From positions 580,651 through 612,650 of the forward strand of contig CAXXVS010000002.1 in the NCBI GenBank assembly GCA_963674755.2: DNA of 32,000 bases, given 5' to 3'. The notes beneath the pieces were generated by a model. It had not been told where the DNA came from and did not search any database. It saw only the letters and a list, made by a program, of their open reading frames with translations. Position 1 is the first letter of the stretch; each line of letters begins with the position of its first letter. A program made the translations under genes and the position numbers. The stretch comes from Desulfobacterales bacterium (GTDB lineage: Bacteria > Desulfobacterota > Desulfobacteria > Desulfobacterales > UBA5852). Shown here in pieces: positions 1 through 8,380 of this stretch.

Positions 1-248
1 AGCTTGTTCATCATAACCTGTCCCATTCCTCCTTCAAATAGCGTTTACCCTTACCCCATCACCCGACGTCACCCTTTGCCTTTCGCAAATGGGCCCGCAT
101 GGTGCTGTAAGCCTCCCAAGGAGGATCCACCGAACTATTGAGGGTGGGAGCGCGTGCCGGCGTGCTATAACGCCATGACCGGACATCCGACCTTGCGACC
201 GCTGTGATGTGAAACGCACGGCGGAACAGCCAGGTCCGGTTCTGGGGC

Positions 249-294
249 AAAAACATAAGGGGATGCGTGTACCCACGTACCCTAAATCGCATCC
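249..294 (-). terminator. possible rho-independent terminator after the rubredoxin-like ORF
   Basis: On the minus strand, GGATGCG (294-288) pairs with CGCATCC (267-261). The stem spans the stop codon and is followed by CCTTATGTTTTT. The loop is long (20 nt), so the structure is weak. Confidence 0.3.
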
Positions 295-407
295 AGGGGG
301 GGCAGAAGTTCAAAAAGGGCGGCCGGAGCGCCGCACACCGGACAGCGATAGGGGGGCTTGTCGCCATCATGGATATAGCCGCAAACAACACATCGCCAAC
401 GTTTCAT
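282..407 (-). CDS. rubredoxin-type zinc-ribbon mini-protein (41 aa)
   Basis: The track ORF 282..515 starts at TTG. An internal ATG at 407 has GAGG about 10 nt upstream. The product [33 protein letters not shown] carries two CxxCG knuckles, as in rubredoxin or rubrerythrin C-terminal domains. The N-terminal 36 aa of the long form look non-coding. Confidence 0.5.
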   Translation of the reverse strand: MKRWRCVVCGYIHDGDKPPYRCPVCGAPAALFELLPPLDAI

Positions 408-467
408 GGTCGGTTTGCCTCGTCGCCAAGAGGAGTACGCTTGATTTAGGTCATGCGAAGCATCATT

Positions 468-483
468 ATTTGATAGGTCAAAT
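468..483. promoter_or_regulatory. 16-bp perfect palindrome ATTTGA-TAGG-TCAAAT, candidate operator
   Basis: Read directly from the sequence. It lies in the AT-richer divergent spacer between the rubredoxin-like ORF (start 407, minus) and the small ORF (start 584, plus). Confidence 0.35.
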
Positions 484-583
484 GACGCGGCGGTGCAAGG
501 CGGATTCTTAAACAATCGAAATGCTCAGCAGCCGGCATCAGAGCGTAGGGCATCGTCGAAAGCGTCACATATGTGAGAACACC

Positions 584-841
584 ATGCAGATCCGAGTCGA
601 ATGCTATGCGGGCTATCGCGGTGAAGAAACGCCGCGGCGTATTCAGATCGGGGACTGCCGCATGGAGATCGCCGAGATCATCGATCGCTGGCTGGCCCCG
701 CGACAGCGCTATTTCAAATTCCGAACCACCGACGGGGCCCTATGGATTATCCGCCATGACAACCAGACCGGCCAATGGGAATTGACCTTTTTCAAAAATC
801 TTGAGGCCGGGTTGTTGGGGCCGGGAGGGCCGGGTGCCTAA
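584..841 (+). CDS. small conserved hypothetical protein (85 aa)
   Basis: Track ORF 521..841 trimmed to the ATG at 584. The product MQIRVECYAGYRGEETPRRIQIGD...IIDRWLAPRQRYFKFRTTDG...WIIRHDNQTGQWEL resembles a recurrent uncharacterised small-protein family as I recall it. Codon usage looks coding. No function is known. Confidence 0.65.
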   Translation: MQIRVECYAGYRGEETPRRIQIGDCRMEIAEIIDRWLAPRQRYFKFRTTDGALWIIRHDNQTGQWELTFFKNLEAGLLGPGGPGA

Positions 842-1185
842 GGCTCCCGTTTCCATGGGCCGCGAATCCCCTTTGGATGATTTCGGGTATGTCCCGTTTT
901 CCCCCTAACACAAGGTTTCATTGAACCAAAAGGCCGCCGCCGGGTGACGGCTGGCGCGGCACCGGTATGGGGTGCAACAGCGCACATCCCCATGGTCAGT
1001 AGCGGAGATATGGTTCGCGTTAAGTTTGAAGACCGCGGGGCATATCGTCAGGGCTAGACCGTCTCGACCATCGCTTCAGATCAGGTTGCCCTTGTTGTAT
1101 GGCGCCGCCTGTTATAAGAAACTGGAAATCCCAGTGTTGCGGATTGCGCGGCACACCATTCGATGATGATGAAATAGCGGTGGAT

Positions 1186-2004
1186 ATGGAAAAGCACGAT
1201 TACTACCACATATTAGGCGTCTCCCAGGATGCGGATAATAAAGTAATCAAAGAAGCTTACCGGGAACTCGCTTTCAAGTACCATCCGGACCGCAACAAGG
1301 AGAATCCCGAAGCGGTCGACCGTATGAAGGCGGTCAATGAGGCCTATGCGGTCTTGTCCCATCCCGACAAGCGGCGCCAATACGACAGCATGCAACAGCA
1401 GTTCGGCGCTTCCGCCCACAGCCAGTTTCGACAGCACTATTCCGAACAAGACATTTTTTCGGGCTCGGATATTTTTCGGATCTTTGAGGAAATGACCCGA
1501 ATGCACGGCTTCCGGGGGTCGGAAGATATTTTCAGGGAATTCTATGGCCCCGGCTTCCGGTCTTTCAATGGCCGCGGCCCCGGCATGCGGTTCAAAGGAT
1601 TCGTTTTCACCGGAAGAGGCCCCCATGGCGGCCGTTACAGGGGCGGAGGACCTCCCCCATTCGGCGGGCGTGGTTTCGGCCGTCTGGCCCGGCACATGGT
1701 CGAGCGCCTGACCGGTGTTACGCTGCCCCAGGCGGGGAAAGACCGGGAAGACTCCATCCGGCTTTCGCCCGAGACCGCCCGCCAGGGTGGCCCCTACGCC
1801 TACGACTACCGCAAACAGGACAAGAAACTTGTGGTCAAGATCCCCCCGGGCATCCGCGCGGGGCAGCGGATCCGCCTGGCCGGCTTGGGAGAACAGGGGC
1901 GCGGCGGCGGTCCGTCGGGAGACCTGTATCTGCGTGTAGAGATAACCAGACCGATCTTGGATCGCTGGCGTGATCGGCTAAAAAGGTGGCTGCCGGGCGT
2001 TTGA
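1186..2004 (+). CDS. J-domain co-chaperone (DnaJ/CbpA class, no zinc finger, single C-terminal substrate-binding domain)
   Basis: Internal ATG at 1186 gives [12 protein letters not shown]...YHPDRN (HPD motif) and DKRRQYD. A G/F/R-rich linker follows, then a DnaJ-CTD-like [35 protein letters not shown]. There is no CxxCxGxG zinc-finger repeat. Confidence 0.9.
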   Translation: MEKHDYYHILGVSQDADNKVIKEAYRELAFKYHPDRNKENPEAVDRMKAVNEAYAVLSHPDKRRQYDSMQQQFGASAHSQFRQHYSEQDIFSGSDIFRIFEEMTRMHGFRGSEDIFREFYGPGFRSFNGRGPGMRFKGFVFTGRGPHGGRYRGGGPPPFGGRGFGRLARHMVERLTGVTLPQAGKDREDSIRLSPETARQGGPYAYDYRKQDKKLVVKIPPGIRAGQRIRLAGLGEQGRGGGPSGDLYLRVEITRPILDRWRDRLKRWLPGV

Positions 2005-2072
2005 AGGCTTACGGGAGGCTTTTTTAAAGTGGCCCTGTGCGTCGGCGATCGGCTGAAGAGGAGGAATCCGGA

Positions 2073-2801
2073 ATGGAAATTCTTGAGGGGATCCGTTTCA
2101 ACTTTCGCGGATTGCTGCTCGGGCTGCGCACACCACGCCTGCTCATCTTGGGCCTGTTGCGGTTTGCGGTCGTTTTACTAATTGGTGTGGGCGCCGCCGT
2201 GGTGTTTTTTGCCTACCACCAGGACATCCTGCAGTTGATCTGGACCAGACCGGAGAGCCTGTGGATTCTGTGGCTGTGGTATCTCGCCTCCTGGCTGCTG
2301 TCCCTGGTTCTTTTAGCGCTGACCTCCATTATCGGCTATTTTCTATGTCAGATTCTCTTTTGTGTCCTGATCATGGACCAAATGTCCCGCATCACCGAAC
2401 GCATGCTGACCGGTGAAGAAAAAAAGCCCTCCAATGCCTCTCTTCTGACCCAGCTGGTGTATCTTGTCCGGCAGGAGACCCCCCGTGCCATTATTCCCGT
2501 ATTGGTCACCCTGCTGATTATGGGAATCGGCTGGATGACGCCATTGGGCCCCTTTCTTACGGTCGCCGGACCGATTGTGGCCGCCATGTTTCTGGCCTGG
2601 GACAATACGGATCTGCTGCCCGCCCGGCGCCTCTATCCCTTCGGGGAGCGGTTTAAGCTGTTTCGACGCCAGCTGTTGTTCCATATGGGATTCGGACTCC
2701 CTTTCCTGATTCCTTTGGCCAATGTGCTCTTGCTGTCCTTCGCACCGGTGGGGGCCACCCTGTATCAGGTCGAAAAAGAACAGAAGGGTGCCGCCATTTA
2801 A
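2073..2801 (+). CDS. EI24/CysZ-family integral membrane protein
   Basis: ATG at 2073 with GAGGAGGA at 2057-2064. The product is a multi-TM protein colinear with the CysZ/EI24 pattern (GIRFNFRGLLLGLRTPRLL..., ...AWDNTDLLPARR..., ...PLANVLLLSFAPVGATL). Confidence 0.8.
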   Translation: MEILEGIRFNFRGLLLGLRTPRLLILGLLRFAVVLLIGVGAAVVFFAYHQDILQLIWTRPESLWILWLWYLASWLLSLVLLALTSIIGYFLCQILFCVLIMDQMSRITERMLTGEEKKPSNASLLTQLVYLVRQETPRAIIPVLVTLLIMGIGWMTPLGPFLTVAGPIVAAMFLAWDNTDLLPARRLYPFGERFKLFRRQLLFHMGFGLPFLIPLANVLLLSFAPVGATLYQVEKEQKGAAI

Positions 2802-2831
2802 ACGGCAGGTGGTTGGACGAACTTCCGGTCT

Positions 2832-4145
2832 CTATGAAGGCCGGGAAGCGATTCGGCCTGCCGTGGGGGTGTTGCCCCGGGGCATCAGGACGAACACCAG
2901 CGCCGCCAAAAGCGCCACGCCGGCCAGTGTGATCACCAGCGCGGCGGCGTAGGCCCAACGATAGGCGGCTGCGGCCGCAAGGCCTTGCTGCAGCAGGAAA
3001 TCCACCAGAGGACCGGCAATCAGTGTGCCGGCCAGCCCCCAGCTCAGAAAGAAGGTCGCATTGAACCAGCCGAAGCGCCGGCCCCTTTGTCGGGGAGGAA
3101 TCAGGGATGCGGCCAGGGCGTAGGATGCCGCCATAATAATGCTTTCCGCACAGCCCTTGAGGAAGCTTCCCAGATAAATTAGGCCCAGGTGCGAGGTTGT
3201 CATGAAGATCACCAGGTAGGCCATGCTCAGTGTCGTCCCGAACAAAATGCCGGGGCCGTTGCCAATTCGCAGGACCAGACGGCCGACCGCCAGGCCGGCC
3301 AAGATCATGGCCAGGGATTCGGTGTTGACGATATAGCTCAACGAGCGGCTGGAAACGGCGAATCCCGTACTGAGGAACAGATATTGGGGTTGAATGATCA
3401 CCACGGAATTGCGACCGAAGTTGATCAGGACCATGGCCACCAGAAATAGCCCAAACCACCGTGCCGAGGGCGCATGGTCATCCCTATCATCGCCGGCCCG
3501 GCCATACTCGGCTGCGGTAACGCCCCCCTCCGGCAGCGATAGCAGCGGAAGGGTGGAGGCGAACATGACCCCGGCGGCCACGAAGAACAACGCCCCGTGT
3601 TGAAATCCCCAGCCATCGTAATAGTGGCCCAGCCCGTCATAAAGCAGCCCGCCGATCCAGACCCCGGCCATCCGTCCGATGCCGCCGGCACTGGTCAATT
3701 TCCCCTGGATGGCCCCCCGTTGATCGGGCGGATAGAGATCCGATATCAGGGCGCTCCACCCGATGTTTGACATGGACCAGAAAATTTCCACCACCGTCAA
3801 CCCGATGATGATGACATAGGCCATATGGCGCCGGTCGTGGGGCAGCGTATGGACAAACCATACGGCCAGCGTCCCGATACCGCCCAGTATCTCACCCCGC
3901 ACGATCAGGGTGCGCCGCAACTGGTAGCGGTCCGATAGGTGTCCCCACAGGGTGGCTTGGAAAATGATATTGGCCAGCATGGGCAGGGTCGCGAAGAGGG
4001 TGGTTCCCGTCACGCTGAGATGGAGAAAGTAGCGCAGGTAAATGGAAAGATAGGCGTAGAAAAGACCCCGGCGAAACATGGCCAGGATCTGAAAAGAGGC
4101 AACGCTGAAAAAGCGCTTGCGGGACGGGACGAACAGATTGGGCAT
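2832..4145 (-). CDS. MFS transporter
   Basis: 437-aa polytopic membrane protein with an MFS-like loop GHLSDRYQLRRTLI and roughly 12 hydrophobic segments. GAGG lies 9-12 nt upstream of the ATG at 4145. Confidence 0.9.
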   Translation of the reverse strand: MPNLFVPSRKRFFSVASFQILAMFRRGLFYAYLSIYLRYFLHLSVTGTTLFATLPMLANIIFQATLWGHLSDRYQLRRTLIVRGEILGGIGTLAVWFVHTLPHDRRHMAYVIIIGLTVVEIFWSMSNIGWSALISDLYPPDQRGAIQGKLTSAGGIGRMAGVWIGGLLYDGLGHYYDGWGFQHGALFFVAAGVMFASTLPLLSLPEGGVTAAEYGRAGDDRDDHAPSARWFGLFLVAMVLINFGRNSVVIIQPQYLFLSTGFAVSSRSLSYIVNTESLAMILAGLAVGRLVLRIGNGPGILFGTTLSMAYLVIFMTTSHLGLIYLGSFLKGCAESIIMAASYALAASLIPPRQRGRRFGWFNATFFLSWGLAGTLIAGPLVDFLLQQGLAAAAAYRWAYAAALVITLAGVALLAALVFVLMPRGNTPTAGRIASRPS

Positions 4146-4413
4146 GACGACGACCTCGCGACGTCGAGAGACGATGGACGCCGATGATCGGTGGCGCTTA
4201 TCGTGTTCTGTAAAGATCTATTGCGGTTGAGCGCTTCGAAACCCGTGAGCGATTTAACAGGCGGGCCTGCGCCGGGATGCCATCATCAGTAAAACATGCC
4301 GGATAGGCCATTTCGACACCAACTGCAAGCCCTAATCGCGGCGGCTTTCCGGCTGCTGATAGCGGCGGCGGGGATAAAAAGGCGGACGGGAAAGGGCCGG
4401 CCATCATTTCGGG

Positions 4414-4442
4414 TTGACTGTCAGGCGCTTTAAGCATATGAA
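4414..4442 (+). promoter_or_regulatory. candidate sigma70 promoter (TTGACT-17-TATGAA)
   Basis: Hexamers read directly with a 17-nt spacer, about 80 nt upstream of the OmpA-like lipoprotein gene. Confidence 0.35.
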
Positions 4443-4520
4443 AATGATAGATTTATAAGCAAAATCAAGCCGTGTCAGGAATCTTTATCTTCGAACGCGA
4501 CAATGATCAAAGGGGGAACG

Positions 4521-5090
4521 ATGCGGAGACTATTACGGGCTTGGCGGATATGGGCAGTGGCGGGTTTGATGATGTTCGCACTCAGCGCTTGCGCCAGCAG
4601 CCCATCAACCGCTCCGACCACGGCGGACGATCAGTCCGCAGGCCAGAGCGCCGCGCTGTCCGATGAAGAAGCCCTTGCCCGTCAGCAGGCCCTGGAAGAG
4701 CAGCAGCTTCGTGAAGAAGCCGAACGGCGGCAGTTTGAAATCGAACGCAACCGCTTTGTCTATGAAGATATCTTCTTTGCCAAGAACAAATACCGTCTAA
4801 GCGACCAGGCGATCCGGGAACTTGAGTGGAAGGCGGACTGGCTCATGGCACACCCTGAAATCGACGTCATGATTGAAGGGTATTGCGACGATGGCGGAAA
4901 CGCCGAAGCCAACCTGGCACTCGGCGCCCGCCGGGCCGGGGAGGTGGAGAGCTTTTTCCTGCGGCGGGGCATCCCCCGGGAGCGCTTGACGGTCATCAGC
5001 TACGGCAAGGAGCGCCCCATCGCGACAGGTAACACCGAAGAGGCGCGCGCCAAAAACCGACGCGTTCGAACGCAGATTATCGGAGATTGA
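4521..5090 (+). CDS. OmpA-family peptidoglycan-binding lipoprotein (Pal-like)
   Basis: ATG at 4521 preceded by AGGGGGA. Signal peptide with lipobox LSAC. A charged coiled-coil linker is followed by an OmpA_C domain (FAKNKYRL...IEGYCDDGGNAEANLALGARRA...NRRV). There is no adjacent tol cluster, so it is not named pal. Confidence 0.9.
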   Translation: MRRLLRAWRIWAVAGLMMFALSACASSPSTAPTTADDQSAGQSAALSDEEALARQQALEEQQLREEAERRQFEIERNRFVYEDIFFAKNKYRLSDQAIRELEWKADWLMAHPEIDVMIEGYCDDGGNAEANLALGARRAGEVESFFLRRGIPRERLTVISYGKERPIATGNTEEARAKNRRVRTQIIGD

Positions 5091-5286
5091 AAGCGAGCGC
5101 GGCATCCGGTTTGGCAGCCTTGCCATTGCGACAATAATTCTGCGTAATTCCAGCTATTCCGAGTCACCACGTCGATCACATGGCCGGATTGTCAACCGCC
5201 GTTTCCCATGCGCGGTGGTTGGCGCCGGTCCGGCCGACCTCTGAATCATTCATTCCGATTACCGCCTCCCTTTCATCCACAACCCG

Positions 5287-6345
5287 TTAAATGAGGTTCA
5301 GGGCGTCGATGAGCGCTTTGAGGCGCGCAAGGGCTGACCGGTTGAAATCCAGGATCAGGCGGGGCAGTTCAAGGGTGTCCGAATCGTCAAACTCCTCGGG
5401 CAAGGCCGCCCCCTGCCGGAAGCTTCCCCCTGGAACCAGCAAGTCCTGAAACTCTTTTGCGACCTGCGCCAGGGCTTCCTCCGCCAGGCTGCGCTGAAGC
5501 CGGATGACCAGCTTTTTATTCACATAGCGCATACTGTGATAGCGACGGTGGAAGACCTCAATGGTCCGAACGACATGGGAGATGTCGTTGCTGATATCGA
5601 AAAGGTTCATATCCTCGGACCGGATATAGCGACAGGCCACCAGGTGTTTTTCCATGAAATCCCGCCAATCATGCCAGTATTGGCTGCCGGGAACATCCAC
5701 CATGATGATCGGCTGCGGGTAGTGCTTGCCCGTTTGGCAAAGCGTGAGGGTCTCCATCCCTTCATCCAGCGTTCCGAAACCGCCGGGGAAGACCACGACG
5801 GCGTCCGCCTCTTTCAGAAAGGCGACCTTACGGTTGAAAAAATACTTGTAGTTGATGTGGCGGGGGTTGCCGGCTACGATCGGGTTGGGTTTTTGTTCGA
5901 AGGGCAGACGGATGTTGATGCCGAACGAATGCTCGGGGCCGGCGCCTTCGTTGACGGCTTGCATAATGCCGGGGCCGCCGCCGGTAATGACCATAAAACC
6001 GCTTTCCGCCAGTTGGCGACCTAAATCGTGTGCCATGTGGTAGACCGGATGATCGGGGGGCGTCCGGGCGGACCCGAATACGGACACCTTGCGGATATGG
6101 CGATAGGGACGGAAGACTTTAGCGGTGAACCGCATTTCTTTCAGGGAGCTGTTCATCAACTTCAGATCCGCTTTCTCAGGGTTCTCCTGGCCGGCTTTCA
6201 AAGCGGCCAAAATCAATTCCCGGACCAAGACCGGTTGCTTAATGCCGCCCACCATCGTCATCAATCGTTCGATGGCGTCGTCGGCCGGACCGTTGGTTTT
6301 TGTAAAGCTCAATTGCATCTTTTCGGGCAATGTCTCGGTGGTCAT
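5287..6345 (-). CDS. LOG-family (TIGR00730-type) nucleotide 5'-monophosphate nucleosidase, PpnN-like with N- and C-terminal extensions
   Basis: LOG core motifs VSVFGSAR, ITGGGPGIM and PGGFGTLDE are present. About 85 aa precede and about 100 aa follow the core. Confidence 0.9.
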   Translation of the reverse strand: MTTETLPEKMQLSFTKTNGPADDAIERLMTMVGGIKQPVLVRELILAALKAGQENPEKADLKLMNSSLKEMRFTAKVFRPYRHIRKVSVFGSARTPPDHPVYHMAHDLGRQLAESGFMVITGGGPGIMQAVNEGAGPEHSFGINIRLPFEQKPNPIVAGNPRHINYKYFFNRKVAFLKEADAVVVFPGGFGTLDEGMETLTLCQTGKHYPQPIIMVDVPGSQYWHDWRDFMEKHLVACRYIRSEDMNLFDISNDISHVVRTIEVFHRRYHSMRYVNKKLVIRLQRSLAEEALAQVAKEFQDLLVPGGSFRQGAALPEEFDDSDTLELPRLILDFNRSALARLKALIDALNLI

Positions 6346-6727
6346 AAGCTGTCCCCGTGAGCGGTAGAGGTTTGATGGGGGCTAAATCCGCTTGCCGATG
6401 CTGCGGATGGCCTTAGATTTGAGTTTGTGATGGTAAGTCGCGTACCGGAACCGTTGCCGGGCGGCGTTGAGATAGTGACCCACGTCATTTCTAAATCTGC
6501 AACCTGCCAGGATGATTGTCAATATAGAGAGGATCAAACCGGACTCCGGTTTCAACCCGCTGCCATGGAACGAAGGCCGGAGAATGCCAGGGCGTACCGT
6601 AAGGTCGAGGCGTTAAAATCGACAAACCCCCATCCAGACCTAACGATTTGCCGAACCGGATGCGCATTGGCAGGGCAGCCTAAACGGTTCCCCAAGCGCT
6701 GGTTTGCCAACCGTGGAAAGCCGCACC

Positions 6728-8365
6728 ATGCAAAGACTTATGCGCAACCTGTCGACATTTTTTACGGCGATTCTCTCGCGCCGTATCGTACTCTGGGTTT
6801 TTCTCAGCGTGATTGCCATTGAGACCATCATTTTTTTCCCTTCCCTGCGCAATCGCGAGCAAGAATTGCTGGACCAGTTGAAGACCGTCTCGGCGGCCCG
6901 CATCGAGGTTTTGCTGAAGGACGAACCAGCCAATACATCGGCCGATGCTTTACTGGCCCGCATCAAACGCCTCCTGCTGGATGACGTCCTTGTCGGCGCG
7001 GCGCTTTATCGAACTGACGGAACGCGGGTCGGGGCCATCGGCGAACCCCCGGAGCTGGTCATCAACGAAGCCACCGCTCATCTTCGCGATCGTGTCTATC
7101 GGTTGGAAAATCGATATGATGTGGCCCTCATCGGGCCGGGTGGGCGGCGGATGAAAATCCTCGTCGTGCGCCACGACACTAGTTCGGTGCGCAAGGCTTT
7201 GGTGGCCTTCTTCGGACGGATTGCCGGCCTGGTGGTGATCATTTCCATGGTTGTCACCCTGGGTGCGGTGATGGCCCTGGGCCCCATCGTGGTGCAGCCG
7301 ATCCTCAAGCTGCGTCGGGATCTGCTGGCCGCCGGCGAGGCGGTTCGCCGGGACGATCCGCCGCCAACCTTCCTGTCCGCTCAGGTGAAACGATCCGATG
7401 AACTGGGTGAAGTTATCGACGCTTTTCAGCGTATGTTCGGCCAGATCACGGAAGCCATCAACCATCGCAAGGCGGCCGAAGGCCGGTTGCGGGACACCCT
7501 GCACCAACTGGAGGATTACTCCCGGACCCTCAACCAGGAACTGGATAAGGGCCGTGAAATCCAGAAAAATTTTTTGCCGGCGCACCTGTTGGAATTGCCG
7601 GGGTGGGAGTTTGCGGCCTATTTCAAACCCGCCCGCCAGGTGGCAGGGGATTACTACGACCTTTTCCATCTGCCCGGCAACCGGGTGGGACTGGTGATTG
7701 CAGATGTATGTGACAAAGGCGTCGGGGCCGCTCTTTTCATGGCGCTTTTCCGCAGTCTCATCCGCATTTTTTCAGGGCAGTTCGAAGTCAACGGGGGCAC
7801 CTGTCCGGGCCGCCGCCTGCCCATGGAAATCACCCCCAACCCCATGGACACCGCCACCATCGTCCGTTCGGACCTGGAGATCCTGCAGGCCGTGGTTCAT
7901 ACCAACCGCTACGTGGCCCGCAATCATGGGGATCTGGGAATGTTTGCAACGCAGTTTTTCGGCGTGCTGGAACCGGCCTCCGGCGGCCTGGCGTATATCA
8001 ATGCCGGTCATGAGCCAATTTTGGTGCTGTCCCCCGGCGGTGGTGTCCGTCAACAGCTCGATGCCACCGGCCCGGCGGTGGGGATCACCGGCGATGCGGT
8101 CTTCACGGTACGCCACACCACGATCCGGCCGGGGGAGACGCTCGTCAGCTACACCGACGGCATTCCCGAGGCCAGTTCCCGCGAGGGCGAATTTTTCGGG
8201 CGGGAGCGTCTGATGGCCCTTCTGGAAGGCTGTTGGACGTCCGCGGCCGATCTGGTGAAGGCCATTGCCGGGGAGGTCTCCGCCCATACCGGCGCGGCCG
8301 ATCAGTTCGATGACATCACCATGCTGGTGGTTCGGCGCGCCAGCCGGTCCGGTGGACCCCCTTAA
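6728..8365 (+). CDS. membrane sensor PP2C (SpoIIE/RsbU-type) serine phosphatase with HAMP domain
   Basis: Two TM segments flank an extracytoplasmic region of about 130 aa. A HAMP-like linker and coiled coil follow, then a PP2C/SpoIIE domain (GDYYD, DVCDKGVGAALFM, NAGH, DDITMLVVRR). The ATG at 6728 (GGAAAG upstream) is preferred over 6704. Confidence 0.9.
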   Translation: MQRLMRNLSTFFTAILSRRIVLWVFLSVIAIETIIFFPSLRNREQELLDQLKTVSAARIEVLLKDEPANTSADALLARIKRLLLDDVLVGAALYRTDGTRVGAIGEPPELVINEATAHLRDRVYRLENRYDVALIGPGGRRMKILVVRHDTSSVRKALVAFFGRIAGLVVIISMVVTLGAVMALGPIVVQPILKLRRDLLAAGEAVRRDDPPPTFLSAQVKRSDELGEVIDAFQRMFGQITEAINHRKAAEGRLRDTLHQLEDYSRTLNQELDKGREIQKNFLPAHLLELPGWEFAAYFKPARQVAGDYYDLFHLPGNRVGLVIADVCDKGVGAALFMALFRSLIRIFSGQFEVNGGTCPGRRLPMEITPNPMDTATIVRSDLEILQAVVHTNRYVARNHGDLGMFATQFFGVLEPASGGLAYINAGHEPILVLSPGGGVRQQLDATGPAVGITGDAVFTVRHTTIRPGETLVSYTDGIPEASSREGEFFGRERLMALLEGCWTSAADLVKAIAGEVSAHTGAADQFDDITMLVVRRASRSGGPP

Positions 8366-8380
8366 CCGCTTTAACGCTCT

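Noticed and set aside
468-483. The palindrome read as an FNR/CRP-family site
   Set aside because: The TTGA and TCAA half-sites are separated by 4 bp rather than the 6 bp of TTGAT-N4-ATCAA. It is kept only as a generic operator candidate.
34-511. ORFs 34..276 (-), 59..391 (-), 209..511 (+) and 267..449 (+); also a test of this spacer against cobalamin, ykkC, glycine, GEMM and RNase P cores
   Set aside because: The ORF products look non-coding (Arg/Pro/Gly/Cys-rich) with no RBS. Fragments resembling riboswitch cores (for example CCCGC..CTGTAA, AGCCAGG) lie on the wrong strand or in the wrong order, and the key boxes (GCCACTG, GGTCCGAGAG, GAGGAAAGTCCGGGC) are absent.
2005-2036. T-run (GGGAGGCTTTTTT) after the J-protein gene as a terminator
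   Set aside because: I could not fold a preceding GC-rich stem; AGGCT occurs as a direct repeat, not an inverted one. Read-through into the EI24-like gene is therefore assumed.
6427-6822. 131-aa plus-strand ORF in the spacer upstream of the PP2C gene, and the hairpin AAACCGG-ACT-CCGGTTT at 6536-6552
   Set aside because: The ORF has no RBS, an odd composition, and overlaps the true phosphatase start out of frame. The hairpin has no T-run and no upstream gene on that strand, so it is not a terminator.
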